Counted from the stretch's first letter, positions 13,552 to 23,208 are shown. The stretch: 39,671 nucleotides of DNA from Candidatus Parcubacteria bacterium (GCA_041169145.1 JBEEJO010000003.1:1-39671), one strand, 5' to 3'. The notes: generated by a model not told the origin, from the sequence alone. Made by a program: numbers and translations.

Positions 13552-15690
13552 TTACTCCACCGGAGCGTGGTTTGCGGGAACGTCTTTCTGCTTTGCTCTC
13601 GTTGTCTTCTTGCGGTACGCCGCCCGTTCCTGCGCGGGTTTTGCCGGTGCGTTCGGATCGAACTCCGGCGGTGTTTTCGTGGGATCTATCCATACCGCAA
13701 AATCACAGGCGGGATATTTACCGCATCCCCAGAAGAGCTTGCCGCGGGCGCGTCCTTTGCGGACGCGGCGTTCCAACAGCTCGCCGGGTTCGTTCTTGCG
13801 TTCTTCGGACGCAAGACACTTCGGGCACTTCACGCCGGAGGACTTCGGCGGTTCTTTCAATGTTTTCGTGTTCTTGCAATCGGGAAAACCGGAGCATGCC
13901 ATGAATTTGCCGAATCGGCCGAACTTGATGATCATCGGCTTGCCGCACTTTTCGCATTTCTCATCCGTTGTCTCGTCGGGCATGACGTCTTTCTTGAGGA
14001 CCGTTTCGTATTTTTCCGCGAGATGGGCGGAGAATGGACCGTAGAAATCTTTCATGACCTTCCGCCACTCTTCCTTCCCTTCGGCGACCTGGTCCAGTTC
14101 ATCCTCCATTTTCGCCGTGAATTCGATATCCACGATCTCGGGGAAATTTTCGGTGAGCACCTTGTTCACCAGCGTTCCGATCTCCGTCGGGATGAATCGT
14201 CCCTGCTGTTTTTCCACGTAGTTCCGCGCAAGGATGACGGAAATCGTCGGCGCATATGTTGAGGGCCTCCCGATGCCGTAATGCTCCATCGTTTTGATGA
14301 GCGAAGCTTCGTTGTAGCGCGGCGGGGGCTCGGTGAAATGCTGGGCAGGGTCAACCGTCATGAGCGAAAGCGATTCGCGTTCTTTGAGCGGCGGTAGTTC
14401 TTTTTCTTCCATCTTCACCGGCCAAATTTTCAAGAAGCCGTCGAATTGGAGCGTGGAGCCATTCGCGGCGAGGAGATACGCGTTCGCTTTATCTTTTATG
14501 CCCGCGCCGACTTCAACGCGGACAGCATGCGTCAGTGCCGGTGGCATCTGCGAGGCGATAAGACGTCTCCAGATAAGGTCGTAAAGCCGATGTTCGTCGC
14601 GAGCGAGGCTGAGCGTGTCTGGCGCGGCTTGCGGATTGGTCGGACGGATCGCCTCATGGGCTTCTTGCGCGAGCCGTGACGTGTTCTTGAATCTCCGCCC
14701 GCCCGGCAGCGCATAGGTCGCGCCGAGGTTCTGTTCGATCCATTCGCCCGCCGCGCGGATCGCCTCGGGCGCAAGGCTCACCGAATCCGTGCGCATATAC
14801 GTGATATGGCCGTTCTCGTACAGCTGTTGGGCAAGGTACATCGTCTTTTTTGAGGACATACCGAGGCGCTTCGCGGCGGTCTGTTGCAGGGTGCTGGTGA
14901 TGAACGGCGCCGGGGGATTCTTTTTTACCTCCTTGGATTCCAAGAGCGTGACCTCGTATGTGGCGTCCTTCAGCTCGTTCGCGATATGCCGCGCGCGATC
15001 GCCGTCCGGAATGCCGAACTTTTCGAACGGCGTTCCATCCGCCGCGGCGAGTTCCGCGACGAATGAACCCCGCGCGCCTTTGAGCTCTGCGGCGATCGTC
15101 CAGTATTCCTGAGGTTTGAAATTCTGGATCTCCGCTTCACGATCGGCGATGAGGCGCAGAGCGACCGATTGCACGCGGCCGGCAGAGAGTCCCCGCACGA
15201 CCTTCTTCCAGAGGAACGGCGAGAGCTTGTAGCCTACGATGCGGTCCAGAACGCGCCGTGCCTGCTGGGCATTCACCAAATTCATATCTATTGCACGGGG
15301 ATGCTTCAGCGCTTCGCCGATGGCGTGCTCGGTGATCTCGTGGAAAACGATGCGCTGCGCATTGTCTGCATTGTCATTCAAGCCAAGGGCCTGGACGAGA
15401 TGCCATGCGATGGCTTCACCTTCGCGGTCTTCGTCGGTTGCGAGAATGACCTCGCTGCTTTTGCCGGCCGCTTTTTTGAGCGCGGTCACTCGCGGCTGGG
15501 CTTTGCGGGGGATGACGTACTTCGGTTCGAAGTCGTGTTCCGTGTCAACGCCGAGCGCGCTCTTGGGGAGGTCGCGGATATGCCCATAGGATGATTCCAC
15601 GACATAGTCCGCTCCGAGGAATTTGCCGATCGTCTTCGCCTTGGTCGGCGATTCCACGATGACGAGTTTTGTTTTTGTGCGTGAGGTCAT
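13552..15690 (-). CDS. topA: DNA topoisomerase I
   Basis: IVESPTKAKTI, ATDEDREGE, SAGRVQS, catalytic ITYMRTD, C-terminal zinc ribbons. Confidence 0.98.
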   Translation of the reverse strand: MTSRTKTKLVIVESPTKAKTIGKFLGADYVVESSYGHIRDLPKSALGVDTEHDFEPKYVIPRKAQPRVTALKKAAGKSSEVILATDEDREGEAIAWHLVQALGLNDNADNAQRIVFHEITEHAIGEALKHPRAIDMNLVNAQQARRVLDRIVGYKLSPFLWKKVVRGLSAGRVQSVALRLIADREAEIQNFKPQEYWTIAAELKGARGSFVAELAAADGTPFEKFGIPDGDRARHIANELKDATYEVTLLESKEVKKNPPAPFITSTLQQTAAKRLGMSSKKTMYLAQQLYENGHITYMRTDSVSLAPEAIRAAGEWIEQNLGATYALPGGRRFKNTSRLAQEAHEAIRPTNPQAAPDTLSLARDEHRLYDLIWRRLIASQMPPALTHAVRVEVGAGIKDKANAYLLAANGSTLQFDGFLKIWPVKMEEKELPPLKERESLSLMTVDPAQHFTEPPPRYNEASLIKTMEHYGIGRPSTYAPTISVILARNYVEKQQGRFIPTEIGTLVNKVLTENFPEIVDIEFTAKMEDELDQVAEGKEEWRKVMKDFYGPFSAHLAEKYETVLKKDVMPDETTDEKCEKCGKPMIIKFGRFGKFMACSGFPDCKNTKTLKEPPKSSGVKCPKCLASEERKNEPGELLERRVRKGRARGKLFWGCGKYPACDFAVWIDPTKTPPEFDPNAPAKPAQERAAYRKKTTRAKQKDVPANHAPVE

Positions 15691-16718
15691 GGTCGGTTCA
15701 GTGTGTACCCATTGCCGTTCTCCGCGACCGTTCCCTGGATGATCAGGAGACTGAGCGTCCGATTCACGGTTTGGGCATTCAGCTTAGTGTATTCGATTAT
15801 CGTGTCAATCGCGAGCGGTCCCTTTGCCGTGCGGAACGCGTCGCGTATAAGCCGTTCTTCGTCGGAATATGTTCCCGTTTCCGCATGGTCGGGACGGGCA
15901 ATGATGCCGAGCGCTTCTGTGATGTGCGCCGGCTCCGTCACGAGTTCCGCTCCGGCGCGGATCAGGGCGTGCGAGCCTGCGAAATTCGGATGCGTTGCCG
16001 GACCCGGCACCACGAATACCTGGCGGTTCTGTTCCAGGGCGAATCGCGCAGTTGCAAGCGAGCCGGATCGCTCAGGAGCTTCGATGACCAGAACGCCTTC
16101 TGCGAGCCCGCTCACGATGCGGTTCCGTTCCAGAAAGCGGTAGGGAAGCGCCGGCGAACCGGGCGGGTATTCGGAGATGAGCGCCCCGCCGTTCGCCAGG
16201 ATGCGTTCCGCGAGTTTTGCATTCCATTGCGGGTAGACGCGGTCCAGTCCCGTTGCGAGGACTGCTGCGGTGTATCCTTTTCCGTCCAGGGCGCCCTCAT
16301 GAGCCGCAGCGTCGAGGCCGAACGCGAGGCCGCTTATTATGGCGCATCCCGCCTCGGCGAGTTCGCGCGCGAACCTTCGCGCTACATCTTTGCCTTCCGG
16401 CGTTGCTTTGCGCGTGCCGACAATCGCCACCGTTCGCGTGGTACCTTGCGGCAGCGGGCCGCGGACGTAGATGCCATGGGGCGGGTACGGTATCTCGCGA
16501 AGCACGGCAGGGAAGTCTCCATCGGCGCGCAAGAGCAATCGCATATCCGGTCCGAGCGGCGGTACGGTCTCACCCTCGGGCTTTTTTTGGACGATTGACG
16601 CGAGCGATGCTTGCCAGGACGCGTGCCGTTCGTAGAGCTCGGCAAGCTTGCGATAGTCGGCATGCATGATATTCGCGAGCGTGTGATATGCGAGGTGTTC
16701 TTCGGATAGAGTCTTCAT
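15687..16718 (-). CDS. dprA: DNA-processing protein DprA
   Basis: VAIVGTRK, ISGLAFGLD..AH, F..RNRIVSGL, SGSL.TA, C-terminal winged helix; 4-bp overlap with topA. Confidence 0.95.
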   Translation of the reverse strand: MKTLSEEHLAYHTLANIMHADYRKLAELYERHASWQASLASIVQKKPEGETVPPLGPDMRLLLRADGDFPAVLREIPYPPHGIYVRGPLPQGTTRTVAIVGTRKATPEGKDVARRFARELAEAGCAIISGLAFGLDAAAHEGALDGKGYTAAVLATGLDRVYPQWNAKLAERILANGGALISEYPPGSPALPYRFLERNRIVSGLAEGVLVIEAPERSGSLATARFALEQNRQVFVVPGPATHPNFAGSHALIRAGAELVTEPAHITEALGIIARPDHAETGTYSDEERLIRDAFRTAKGPLAIDTIIEYTKLNAQTVNRTLSLLIIQGTVAENGNGYTLNRP

Positions 16719-16765
16719 CGGTGTATCACGGGTCTCCCCAGGGGTATGTGATACAATACTATGGT

Positions 16766-17296
16766 ATGGACGATTTCCGAAAGCAAGCGTTGCTCAATGC
16801 CGGTCTTATTATGCTGGGATTCGCCGCGTGTGTCGGCGTGGGGGTGTGGCTTGCGTCGGGAGTGCGGGAACAGGCGTCGGAGATCATAACGAAACGGGCG
16901 CTGATCCGACGACAGGCCCAGACGATTCAGCTTCTCGCCGATTTCAAGCAGATATCCGCCGATGTGGATTTTTATATGGCAAAGTTGAAAACATTCGTGC
17001 CGGCCGAGGACGAGATATTGGATTTCCGGCGATGGGTCCGTTCCCTCGGCGAACAGCATGGCGTCGCCGTGAATGAAGTGGTGTTTCGGAGCGGTGGCGC
17101 GAAGCCGTCCCCCGAAGGGCTGGGCTATAGCGAATTCGGCTTGAGCGTGCAGGGAACGGAGCAGCAGCTTGGGAGTTTTCTTGACAGCCTGGAGATTCGA
17201 ACGCCAAAATATCTCGCCCAATTGACCGGGTTCGAGCTCGTAGAAAACGGCGCCACGTATCGGATGCAGTCTCGCGGAAACGTGTATTTCAGATGA
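16766..17296 (+). CDS. PilO-like type IV pilus inner-membrane protein
   Basis: N-terminal TM, coiled coil, then a ferredoxin-like pattern (LSVQGT..QL..FL..LE); TGATACAAT 8 nt upstream of ATG. Confidence 0.6.
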   Translation: MDDFRKQALLNAGLIMLGFAACVGVGVWLASGVREQASEIITKRALIRRQAQTIQLLADFKQISADVDFYMAKLKTFVPAEDEILDFRRWVRSLGEQHGVAVNEVVFRSGGAKPSPEGLGYSEFGLSVQGTEQQLGSFLDSLEIRTPKYLAQLTGFELVENGATYRMQSRGNVYFR

Positions 17297-17508
17297 TCAT
17301 GGAACGACTCCTGCGCGACCAACAAGATTTTATCCTGGGCATATGCGCCTTCCTCTTTATCGGCGCGATATTGAGCGTGTTCTGGTGGGGGGTCGGTATT
17401 ATGATCACGGGGGTCGGCCGAAGCGTGAATATTGCGAATTCCGATGCCGAGAAAGTGGTCGTTGATCTGGAGGGCGCGAAGCAGCTCGTGAACGAACTTT
17501 CACCATAA
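17293..17508 (+). CDS. Small membrane protein
   Basis: ATGA overlap with the preceding stop; one long hydrophobic helix. Confidence 0.65.
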   Translation: MIMERLLRDQQDFILGICAFLFIGAILSVFWWGVGIMITGVGRSVNIANSDAEKVVVDLEGAKQLVNELSP

Positions 17509-17711
17509 AACGACACCTCATCTCTTTTGGACCCCGGCGGGTCATGCGCTGGATTTTTCTCTGAGCTCACTTTATACTGCACCGTGCGGCGGCGGAGGAT
17601 AGCGCCAGTCTCCGTTCGCATGCCCTCGTGCGCTTTCGGCCCGGTCCCGGCGCATCGTGGGCGTGTGACGGTCAGAAGCGTCGTGGAGTGGCACATTGAT
17701 CTCTCACCTTT

Positions 17712-17783
17712 GCGCCCTTAGCTCAGTGGTAGAGCGTCACATTGACATTGTGAAGGCCGTAGGTCCGATCCCTACAGGGCGCA
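17712..17783 (+). tRNA. tRNA-Val(GAC)
   Basis: GCGCCCT/AGGGCGC acceptor stem, TAGCTCAGTGGTAGAGC D-arm, TCACA-TTGACAT-TGTGA anticodon arm, T-loop TCCGATC; no CCA. Confidence 0.9.
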
Positions 17784-17858
17784 CAAAGGTGAGGGATCGA
17801 GCGCCGTGGTCGCCGGTACAAGATGGAATGGGCGCGAAGAAATTGAGGATGAAGAGTG

Positions 17859-17894
17859 GGGCACGTAGTTCAGTGGTAGAACGCGTTCCTGATA
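17859..17894 (+). pseudogene. Exact copy of the 5' half of tRNA-Ile
   Basis: 36 nt identical to 17947-17982, ending one base after the GAT anticodon. Confidence 0.9.
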
Positions 17895-17946
17895 TCACGC
17901 GGTCGTGATAGAAACGGTTCGCTCGGTTACAATAAAAATATGTTTT

Positions 17947-18021
17947 GGGCACGTAGTTCAGTGGTAGAACGCGTTCCTGATAAGAACGAGGCCGAAGGTT
18001 CGATTCCTTCCGTGCCCACCA
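17947..18021 (+). tRNA. tRNA-Ile(GAT)
   Basis: GGGCACG/CGTGCCC acceptor stem, CGTTC-CTGATAA-GAACG anticodon arm, GGTTCGATTCC T-arm, encoded CCA. Confidence 0.96.
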
Positions 18022-18053
18022 GATATTTTTATTGTTCCCTCGCTGCCGTTTCA

Positions 18054-18092
18054 AAGAACGAGGCCGAAGGTTCGATTCCTTCCGTGCCCACC
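18054..18092 (+). pseudogene. Exact copy of the 3' half of tRNA-Ile
   Basis: 39 nt AAGAACG...GTGCCCACC identical to 17982-18020. Confidence 0.9.
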
Positions 18093-18094
18093 CC

Positions 18095-18859
18095 GTGACA
18101 GAACCAGAGATATTGTATGAAGATGACGACCTTCTTGCGGTGAACAAGCCCGCGGGGCTTCTTGTTCATGGGTCGCGGAGCGCGAATGCTGAGGCGGAAG
18201 GCGGGCGCGCGAAAGGCGGTCCGCATATTGCACGCCACGGTTCGGAGGAGCGGCACGAGTCGACGCTTGTCGATTGGCTTCTCGCCCACCGTCCGGTTGT
18301 GAAGACTGTTGGGGACGACCCGGCGACCCGCCCCGGCATCGTGCACCGGCTGGATCGCGAAACGTCGGGCGTGATGATCGTTGCGAAGACACAAGCAATG
18401 TTCGATCGCTTGAAAGCCCTTTTCGCAGGCCGTGATATTACGAAAACCTATCTTGCGGTAGTTCGGGGAGCGATGCGGAGCGAGCGGGGGATCATAGAGC
18501 GTCCGATCGGTATCGTATCCGGTTCGGTTCGGCGGAGCATACACTCCACGAAAATGGTGAAAGACGCCGTGACGGCATACGAAGTGAAGCGCCGCGTGCG
18601 GCTGGCGAACGGAAGCGAAGCGACCGTTCTCGCGGTATATCCAAAAACGGGGCGGACGCATCAGATCCGCGTTCATCTTGCCTCACTCGGTCATCCGGTG
18701 CTGGGCGACCGGCTGTATGATAAGAGATCCAGGAGCGGCGATGTGCCCGCGCGCATGTTCCTTCATGCTGCGGCGATAGCCCTGAACCCGGAATCGGGAA
18801 AACGGCTGGTCATTGAAGCGCCGGTCCCGGCAGAATTCGCTCCATACTTATCCACATAG
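18095..18859 (+). CDS. RluA/RluD-family pseudouridine synthase (no S4 domain)
   Basis: ILYEDDD..AVNKPAG, catalytic HRLDRETSG, TGRTHQIRVH, GD.LY, LHA. Start taken at GTG 18095. Confidence 0.93.
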   Translation: MTEPEILYEDDDLLAVNKPAGLLVHGSRSANAEAEGGRAKGGPHIARHGSEERHESTLVDWLLAHRPVVKTVGDDPATRPGIVHRLDRETSGVMIVAKTQAMFDRLKALFAGRDITKTYLAVVRGAMRSERGIIERPIGIVSGSVRRSIHSTKMVKDAVTAYEVKRRVRLANGSEATVLAVYPKTGRTHQIRVHLASLGHPVLGDRLYDKRSRSGDVPARMFLHAAAIALNPESGKRLVIEAPVPAEFAPYLST

Positions 18860-18957
18860 GTTGTCAGGAGGTGATTGGCATGGCGTGGTATACTGGGAAC
18901 CGCAGGGAACCTTCATTCAATCGGCACTAAAGGCCAATACAGCACAATACTACTCGC

Positions 18958-19554
18958 ATGTACAATCGTATCCGGGGTGCGGCGGCCGGTTTCACGCTCA
19001 TTGAGCTCCTTATCGTTATCGGCATTATTGTTATCTTGTCCGTTGTCGTTATCCTAACCCTGAATCCGGCGCAGCTTCTTGCGCAATCGCGGGATTCCCG
19101 GCGCGTAAGCGATCTGGCTGCATTGCAAAGCGCGATTTCGCTGTATCTTGCCGATGCGACCTCTCCAAGTATTGTGAGCAGCTCTTCGCCATGGCGGTGC
19201 TATTACAACGGCTCCGGTTTTCCGGCGGGAGGCGCGAATGCATGCGGCGGGCGTTTCTCCAACTCACAGACGAGCCATGCGAGTACGACCCTCGGTGTGA
19301 GCGGAGGCGGCTGGGTACCAATAGACTTCACGGTCGTCAGCTCGGGCGCTCCGCTATCCAATCTCCCGGTTGATCCCGTGAACGATTCCACCCACTTCAT
19401 GGCGTATACAGGCTCAAGTTCTTTGGTGTATGAGATCAATGTTTCGCTGGAGAGCACAAAATATACGACGGGCGCTGGAAGTTTGCTCATCAGTGACGGC
19501 GGAAGCAGCTCAACGCTCTACGAAGTTGGAACAAAATCCGGCCTGGATCTTTGA
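18958..19554 (+). CDS. Type IV major pilin-like protein
   Basis: Class III signal G|FTLIELLIVI, RDSRRVSDL helix; own promoter TGGTATACT (~18886) and strong terminator. Confidence 0.92.
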   Translation: MYNRIRGAAAGFTLIELLIVIGIIVILSVVVILTLNPAQLLAQSRDSRRVSDLAALQSAISLYLADATSPSIVSSSSPWRCYYNGSGFPAGGANACGGRFSNSQTSHASTTLGVSGGGWVPIDFTVVSSGAPLSNLPVDPVNDSTHFMAYTGSSSLVYEINVSLESTKYTTGAGSLLISDGGSSSTLYEVGTKSGLDL

Positions 19555-19576
19555 TCGTCCGCGCATCCCGACGTTG

Positions 19577-19607
19577 GCGCCCCCGGCTTTGCCGGGGGCG
19601 TTTTGTT
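19577..19607 (+). terminator. Intrinsic terminator after the pilin
   Basis: CGCCCCCGGC-TTT-GCCGGGGGCG-TTTTGTT. Confidence 0.8.
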
Positions 19608-19644
19608 GCCGGGGCTGATATAATAAGGAGGCGCACCCCTACCC

Positions 19645-21360
19645 ATGAGCCTCTTTATCCCTCCCCAACAGTTGCGGACCATCTTGGTCCAACAGAATGT
19701 CATAACGCCGGAGCGATTCGATGAGCTCTTAGTCGTATCGGAGCGGAAGGGCCAGAATCTTATCGATCTCTTAGTTTCCGAACGCATCGCTGACGCCAAG
19801 TTTCTGAGCTCGCTCATCGCGAGCACATTCGGCGTTGAGCTGGCAAATCTGGGCATGCGCCAGATAGACGAGTCAGTGCTCAAGATCTTGCCGGAGCAGC
19901 TTGCACGCCAGCGGCAAGTCATCCTTTTCGGTCGAGAGGCCGATGGTACGTATCAGGCGGCTATGGCCGATCCGGGCAATCTGGAGACCATCGAGTTCCT
20001 CCAACAGCGCCTTGATGGGCGAATCAAGCCGTATCTTGCGATCGCCGACGATCTGAACCGCGGATTCTCGGTCTACGGATTCCGCTCCACGGAGGATTTC
20101 AAACATATTATCGAGGCGAATATCGCAGAGTCATTGGTGAGCCAAGCGAAATCGTCCGAGGAAGCCGCGGCAGATCTCCCGATCGTTGCCATCGTGGACA
20201 ATATCTTGTCCTACGCGCTTGCGCTTCGTGCTTCGGATATTCACATCGAGACACTCGAGGACTCGATGCTTATCCGTTATCGGGTGGACGGCATCCTTTC
20301 GGAGATCGCGAGGATCCCGAAAGCCGTTCTTGGAGCCATCGTCGCTCGGGTAAAGATACTTTCCGGGTTGAAGCTCGATGAACACTATAAGCCCCAGGAC
20401 GGCCGGTTTCGGTACCAAGTGGTGAACGATACCGTGGATGTGCGCGTGTCCGTCATGCCGACGTATTACGGGGAGAAAGTGGAAATGCGACTCCTGGAGT
20501 CTTCCCAGAAACCCCTATCGCTCGCCGAATTGGGGATCTTGGATGCGGATGCGGCGGTGGTCATGGAGGCCACGAAAAAAACGTTCGGCATGATCATCGT
20601 TTGCGGTCCGACCGGTTCCGGAAAAACGACCACGCTCTACGGGCTGATGAATATTTTGAACCGCCCCGAAGTGAATATTTGCTCCGTTGAGGACCCTATA
20701 GAATACAACATGCGTTATGTGAACCAATCGCAGATCAATCCGCAGGCGGGCATCACGTTCGCCACCGGCCTGCGGGCGCTGCTCCGCCAGGATCCGAATA
20801 TCATCATGGTCGGCGAGATCCGCGACAACGAGACCGCCGGCATCGCGGTCCAGGCGGCGCTCACGGGCCACTTGCTGCTTTCCTCGCTGCACACGAACGA
20901 CGCTCCAACCGCCATTCCGCGGCTTTTCGATCTGGATATTCCGCCATTCCTCGTATCGTCGACTCTGAATATCATCATTGCGCAACGCCTTGTCCGGAGG
21001 ATCTGTTCCTCGTGCATTACATCGTTTCCCGCGAGCGCCGAAGCTCAAGTCACCATACGCGAGCAGCTCCGCTCCATCGGCGCGAGTGACGCACCCGACC
21101 AGATACCGACGGTGTTCTATCGGGGGACCGGATGCGGCTCATGCGGCGGGACCGGATATCACGGCCGCCTCGGCATCTTCGAGATCATCGCAATGAACGA
21201 TGCGCTGCGGCGCGTCATCGTGGAGCCGCAGTTCGATTTTGAAACGCTCCGTCGCGTCGCCCGCGCGAACGGGACGCGGCTGATGTTCGAGGACGGAATC
21301 GTCAAGGTCCAGCTTGGTATCACGACCATCGAAGAAGTGATGCGGGTCATTAAAGAGTAG
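19645..21360 (+). CDS. pilB: Type IV pilus assembly ATPase PilB/GspE
   Basis: ASDIHIE, PQDGR, Walker A GPTGSGKTTT, EDPIE, LRQDP.IIMVGEIRD, tetracysteine motif. Confidence 0.95.
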   Translation: MSLFIPPQQLRTILVQQNVITPERFDELLVVSERKGQNLIDLLVSERIADAKFLSSLIASTFGVELANLGMRQIDESVLKILPEQLARQRQVILFGREADGTYQAAMADPGNLETIEFLQQRLDGRIKPYLAIADDLNRGFSVYGFRSTEDFKHIIEANIAESLVSQAKSSEEAAADLPIVAIVDNILSYALALRASDIHIETLEDSMLIRYRVDGILSEIARIPKAVLGAIVARVKILSGLKLDEHYKPQDGRFRYQVVNDTVDVRVSVMPTYYGEKVEMRLLESSQKPLSLAELGILDADAAVVMEATKKTFGMIIVCGPTGSGKTTTLYGLMNILNRPEVNICSVEDPIEYNMRYVNQSQINPQAGITFATGLRALLRQDPNIIMVGEIRDNETAGIAVQAALTGHLLLSSLHTNDAPTAIPRLFDLDIPPFLVSSTLNIIIAQRLVRRICSSCITSFPASAEAQVTIREQLRSIGASDAPDQIPTVFYRGTGCGSCGGTGYHGRLGIFEIIAMNDALRRVIVEPQFDFETLRRVARANGTRLMFEDGIVKVQLGITTIEEVMRVIKE

Positions 21361-21480
21361 TCGCGGGTGCGAGTTGCCCGTTTTGAATACTTGCACGGGG
21401 CGCAGGAGGAAACGACCGGGAAGCCGCTGGGGCGGGAAACTGATATAATTCTTAGGCGCTAAGAGCCAGAACTTCGACAT

Positions 21481-22686
21481 ATGCTGTATCACTACACTGC
21501 CGCCGATAAGACCGGGAAGATCATAGAAGCCGACCTGGACGCGGAGAACGTTAATCAGGTCCTTCAGCATCTTTCGGGACGCGAGTTGCGGCCGGTGAAT
21601 GTCCGCCCGGTTGGCGGAAGGGCGCGATCGTTCCGCGGCATCTTCGGGGGTGTGTCCACGGCAGACAAAGTGTTTCTTACCCGTTATCTGTCGCTCATGC
21701 TTCGGGTCGGTACGGATCTGCTGTCAGCTATTAATATTTTGATCGCGGATTTTGACAAGCCGGCGGTCAAAAGCATTCTCTTGGAGATCCGCGACAACCT
21801 GAGCAAGGGCCGGCCGTTCTATGAAACATTTTCGCGGTATCCGAAATATTTTTCGCCCGTATTCGTCAATCTCGTGAAAGCGGCGGAAGCATCCGGTAGC
21901 CTGCAGAAAACATTCGACGATCTGAGCACGTCCCTTCAGCGCGAAGTGGAGCTCAGGAACCGTATCCGATCGGCATTCATCTACCCGATCATCCTCGTCA
22001 TCGTCGCATTCGTGGTCGTGTTCTTCCTCGTTTCTTTCGCCATCCCGAAGATCGCGAAGGTCTTCCAGGACAGCGGAATACAACCGCCCATCTTCTCACG
22101 GATCGTATTCAGCGCCGGATTATTCATGAACGATCACGCTGTCGTCATCATCCTGGGGTTGGTGGTCGCTCTTATCGGCGGGTGGATCTTTTTTGGCAGA
22201 AACGACGTCGGCCGGCGTCTGCTCGCGCGCGGCATCACTCATATTCCTGTCCTGAGCGGTTTGTATCGCGAGATCGCCATCCAGCAATTTGCGACGACGT
22301 TCAGCGCGCTCATGCGGGCCGGCCTTCCTATTATCCAAACGACAAAGATCACCGCTGAAGTCGTGAACGCGCAGGAGTTCAGCGATAGTTTGCGGCGCAT
22401 CGCCGACGAAGGCCTTGCAAAGGGACTTACGATCGGCGAAGCGTTCCGTCGCGAGACCGTGTTCCCGCGGGTCGTCACGAATCTGATCTCCATTTCCGAA
22501 AAAGCGGGGCATCTCGCCGACGTTCTGGATACGCTTGCGGATTTCTATACATCCAATATCGATGCCAAGGTCCGCGCGCTCGTTTCTGTTATTGAGCCGG
22601 CCCTTTTGCTCGTTATGGGCATCGTCGTTGGGACGATCGCACTTGCCATTATCGTGCCCGTGTACCAGCTCACATCCCAATTCTAG
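21481..22686 (+). CDS. pilC: Type IV pilus platform protein PilC/GspF
   Basis: Two T2SSF repeats (AAEASGSL; ISEKAGHL), YP and IEP motifs, three TM segments. Confidence 0.93.
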   Translation: MLYHYTAADKTGKIIEADLDAENVNQVLQHLSGRELRPVNVRPVGGRARSFRGIFGGVSTADKVFLTRYLSLMLRVGTDLLSAINILIADFDKPAVKSILLEIRDNLSKGRPFYETFSRYPKYFSPVFVNLVKAAEASGSLQKTFDDLSTSLQREVELRNRIRSAFIYPIILVIVAFVVVFFLVSFAIPKIAKVFQDSGIQPPIFSRIVFSAGLFMNDHAVVIILGLVVALIGGWIFFGRNDVGRRLLARGITHIPVLSGLYREIAIQQFATTFSALMRAGLPIIQTTKITAEVVNAQEFSDSLRRIADEGLAKGLTIGEAFRRETVFPRVVTNLISISEKAGHLADVLDTLADFYTSNIDAKVRALVSVIEPALLLVMGIVVGTIALAIIVPVYQLTSQF

Positions 22687-22692
22687 GCGCTC

Positions 22693-23208
22693 ATGAAGCC
22701 AGCTGTATCTCTCGCTCGGCGCGGCACAACCATCATAGAATTGGCGATCGCGATGGGTATTATGGTGCTTCTGAGCGTGCTGGTCATTCTGTCGCTTTCC
22801 GGATGGCGGAACCGGGCCGGTCTTGACTCCGCGACGAAACAGATCACCGTGCTCTTGCGCGAAGCGCAGAGCCGATCCATGACCCGTGCATCTGGCGTTG
22901 CGTGGGGAGTGCATTTTGACAATACGGCAAGTTCCACGCCATTTTACGCGCTTTTCTCCGTTTCATATTCTACGTCGACCGCGCAGAAGCGGACACTTTT
23001 GCCTACCGGCGTCCACTTTTCCAATACCAGCGTGCCAGAGGGTACGTCATTGAATATCACGTTCGCCGAACTGACCGGCATACCGTCAACTTCGACCGTT
23101 ATCATGTTGGAATTCGGCGGATCTGGCGGCGGAGGCGGGGCGGCAAGTATAAGCCGCGCGGCGAGCGGGCTCTTATTCTTCGACGATTTCAATCGAGCGA
23201 GCCTATAG
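22693..23208 (+). CDS. Minor pilin (FimT/GspH-like), C-terminus apparently incomplete
   Basis: RRG|TTIIELAIAM prepilin motif, LREAQSRS..WGVHF, ITF..LTG. Confidence 0.85.
   Translation: MKPAVSLARRGTTIIELAIAMGIMVLLSVLVILSLSGWRNRAGLDSATKQITVLLREAQSRSMTRASGVAWGVHFDNTASSTPFYALFSVSYSTSTAQKRTLLPTGVHFSNTSVPEGTSLNITFAELTGIPSTSTVIMLEFGGSGGGGGAASISRAASGLLFFDDFNRASL

Noticed and set aside
17895-18053. Self-splicing (group I/II) intron in tRNA-Ile
   Set aside because: Only ~160 nt, nearly half of it an intact tRNA; no room for a ribozyme core.
18032-18094. N-terminal extension of the pseudouridine synthase from TTG 18032
   Set aside because: It translates the duplicated tRNA half; family similarity begins at about 18095.
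18848-18856. Perfect DnaA box TTATCCACA, suggesting oriC
   Set aside because: Single box inside the end of a CDS. I saw no box cluster, AT-rich unwinding element or dnaA nearby.
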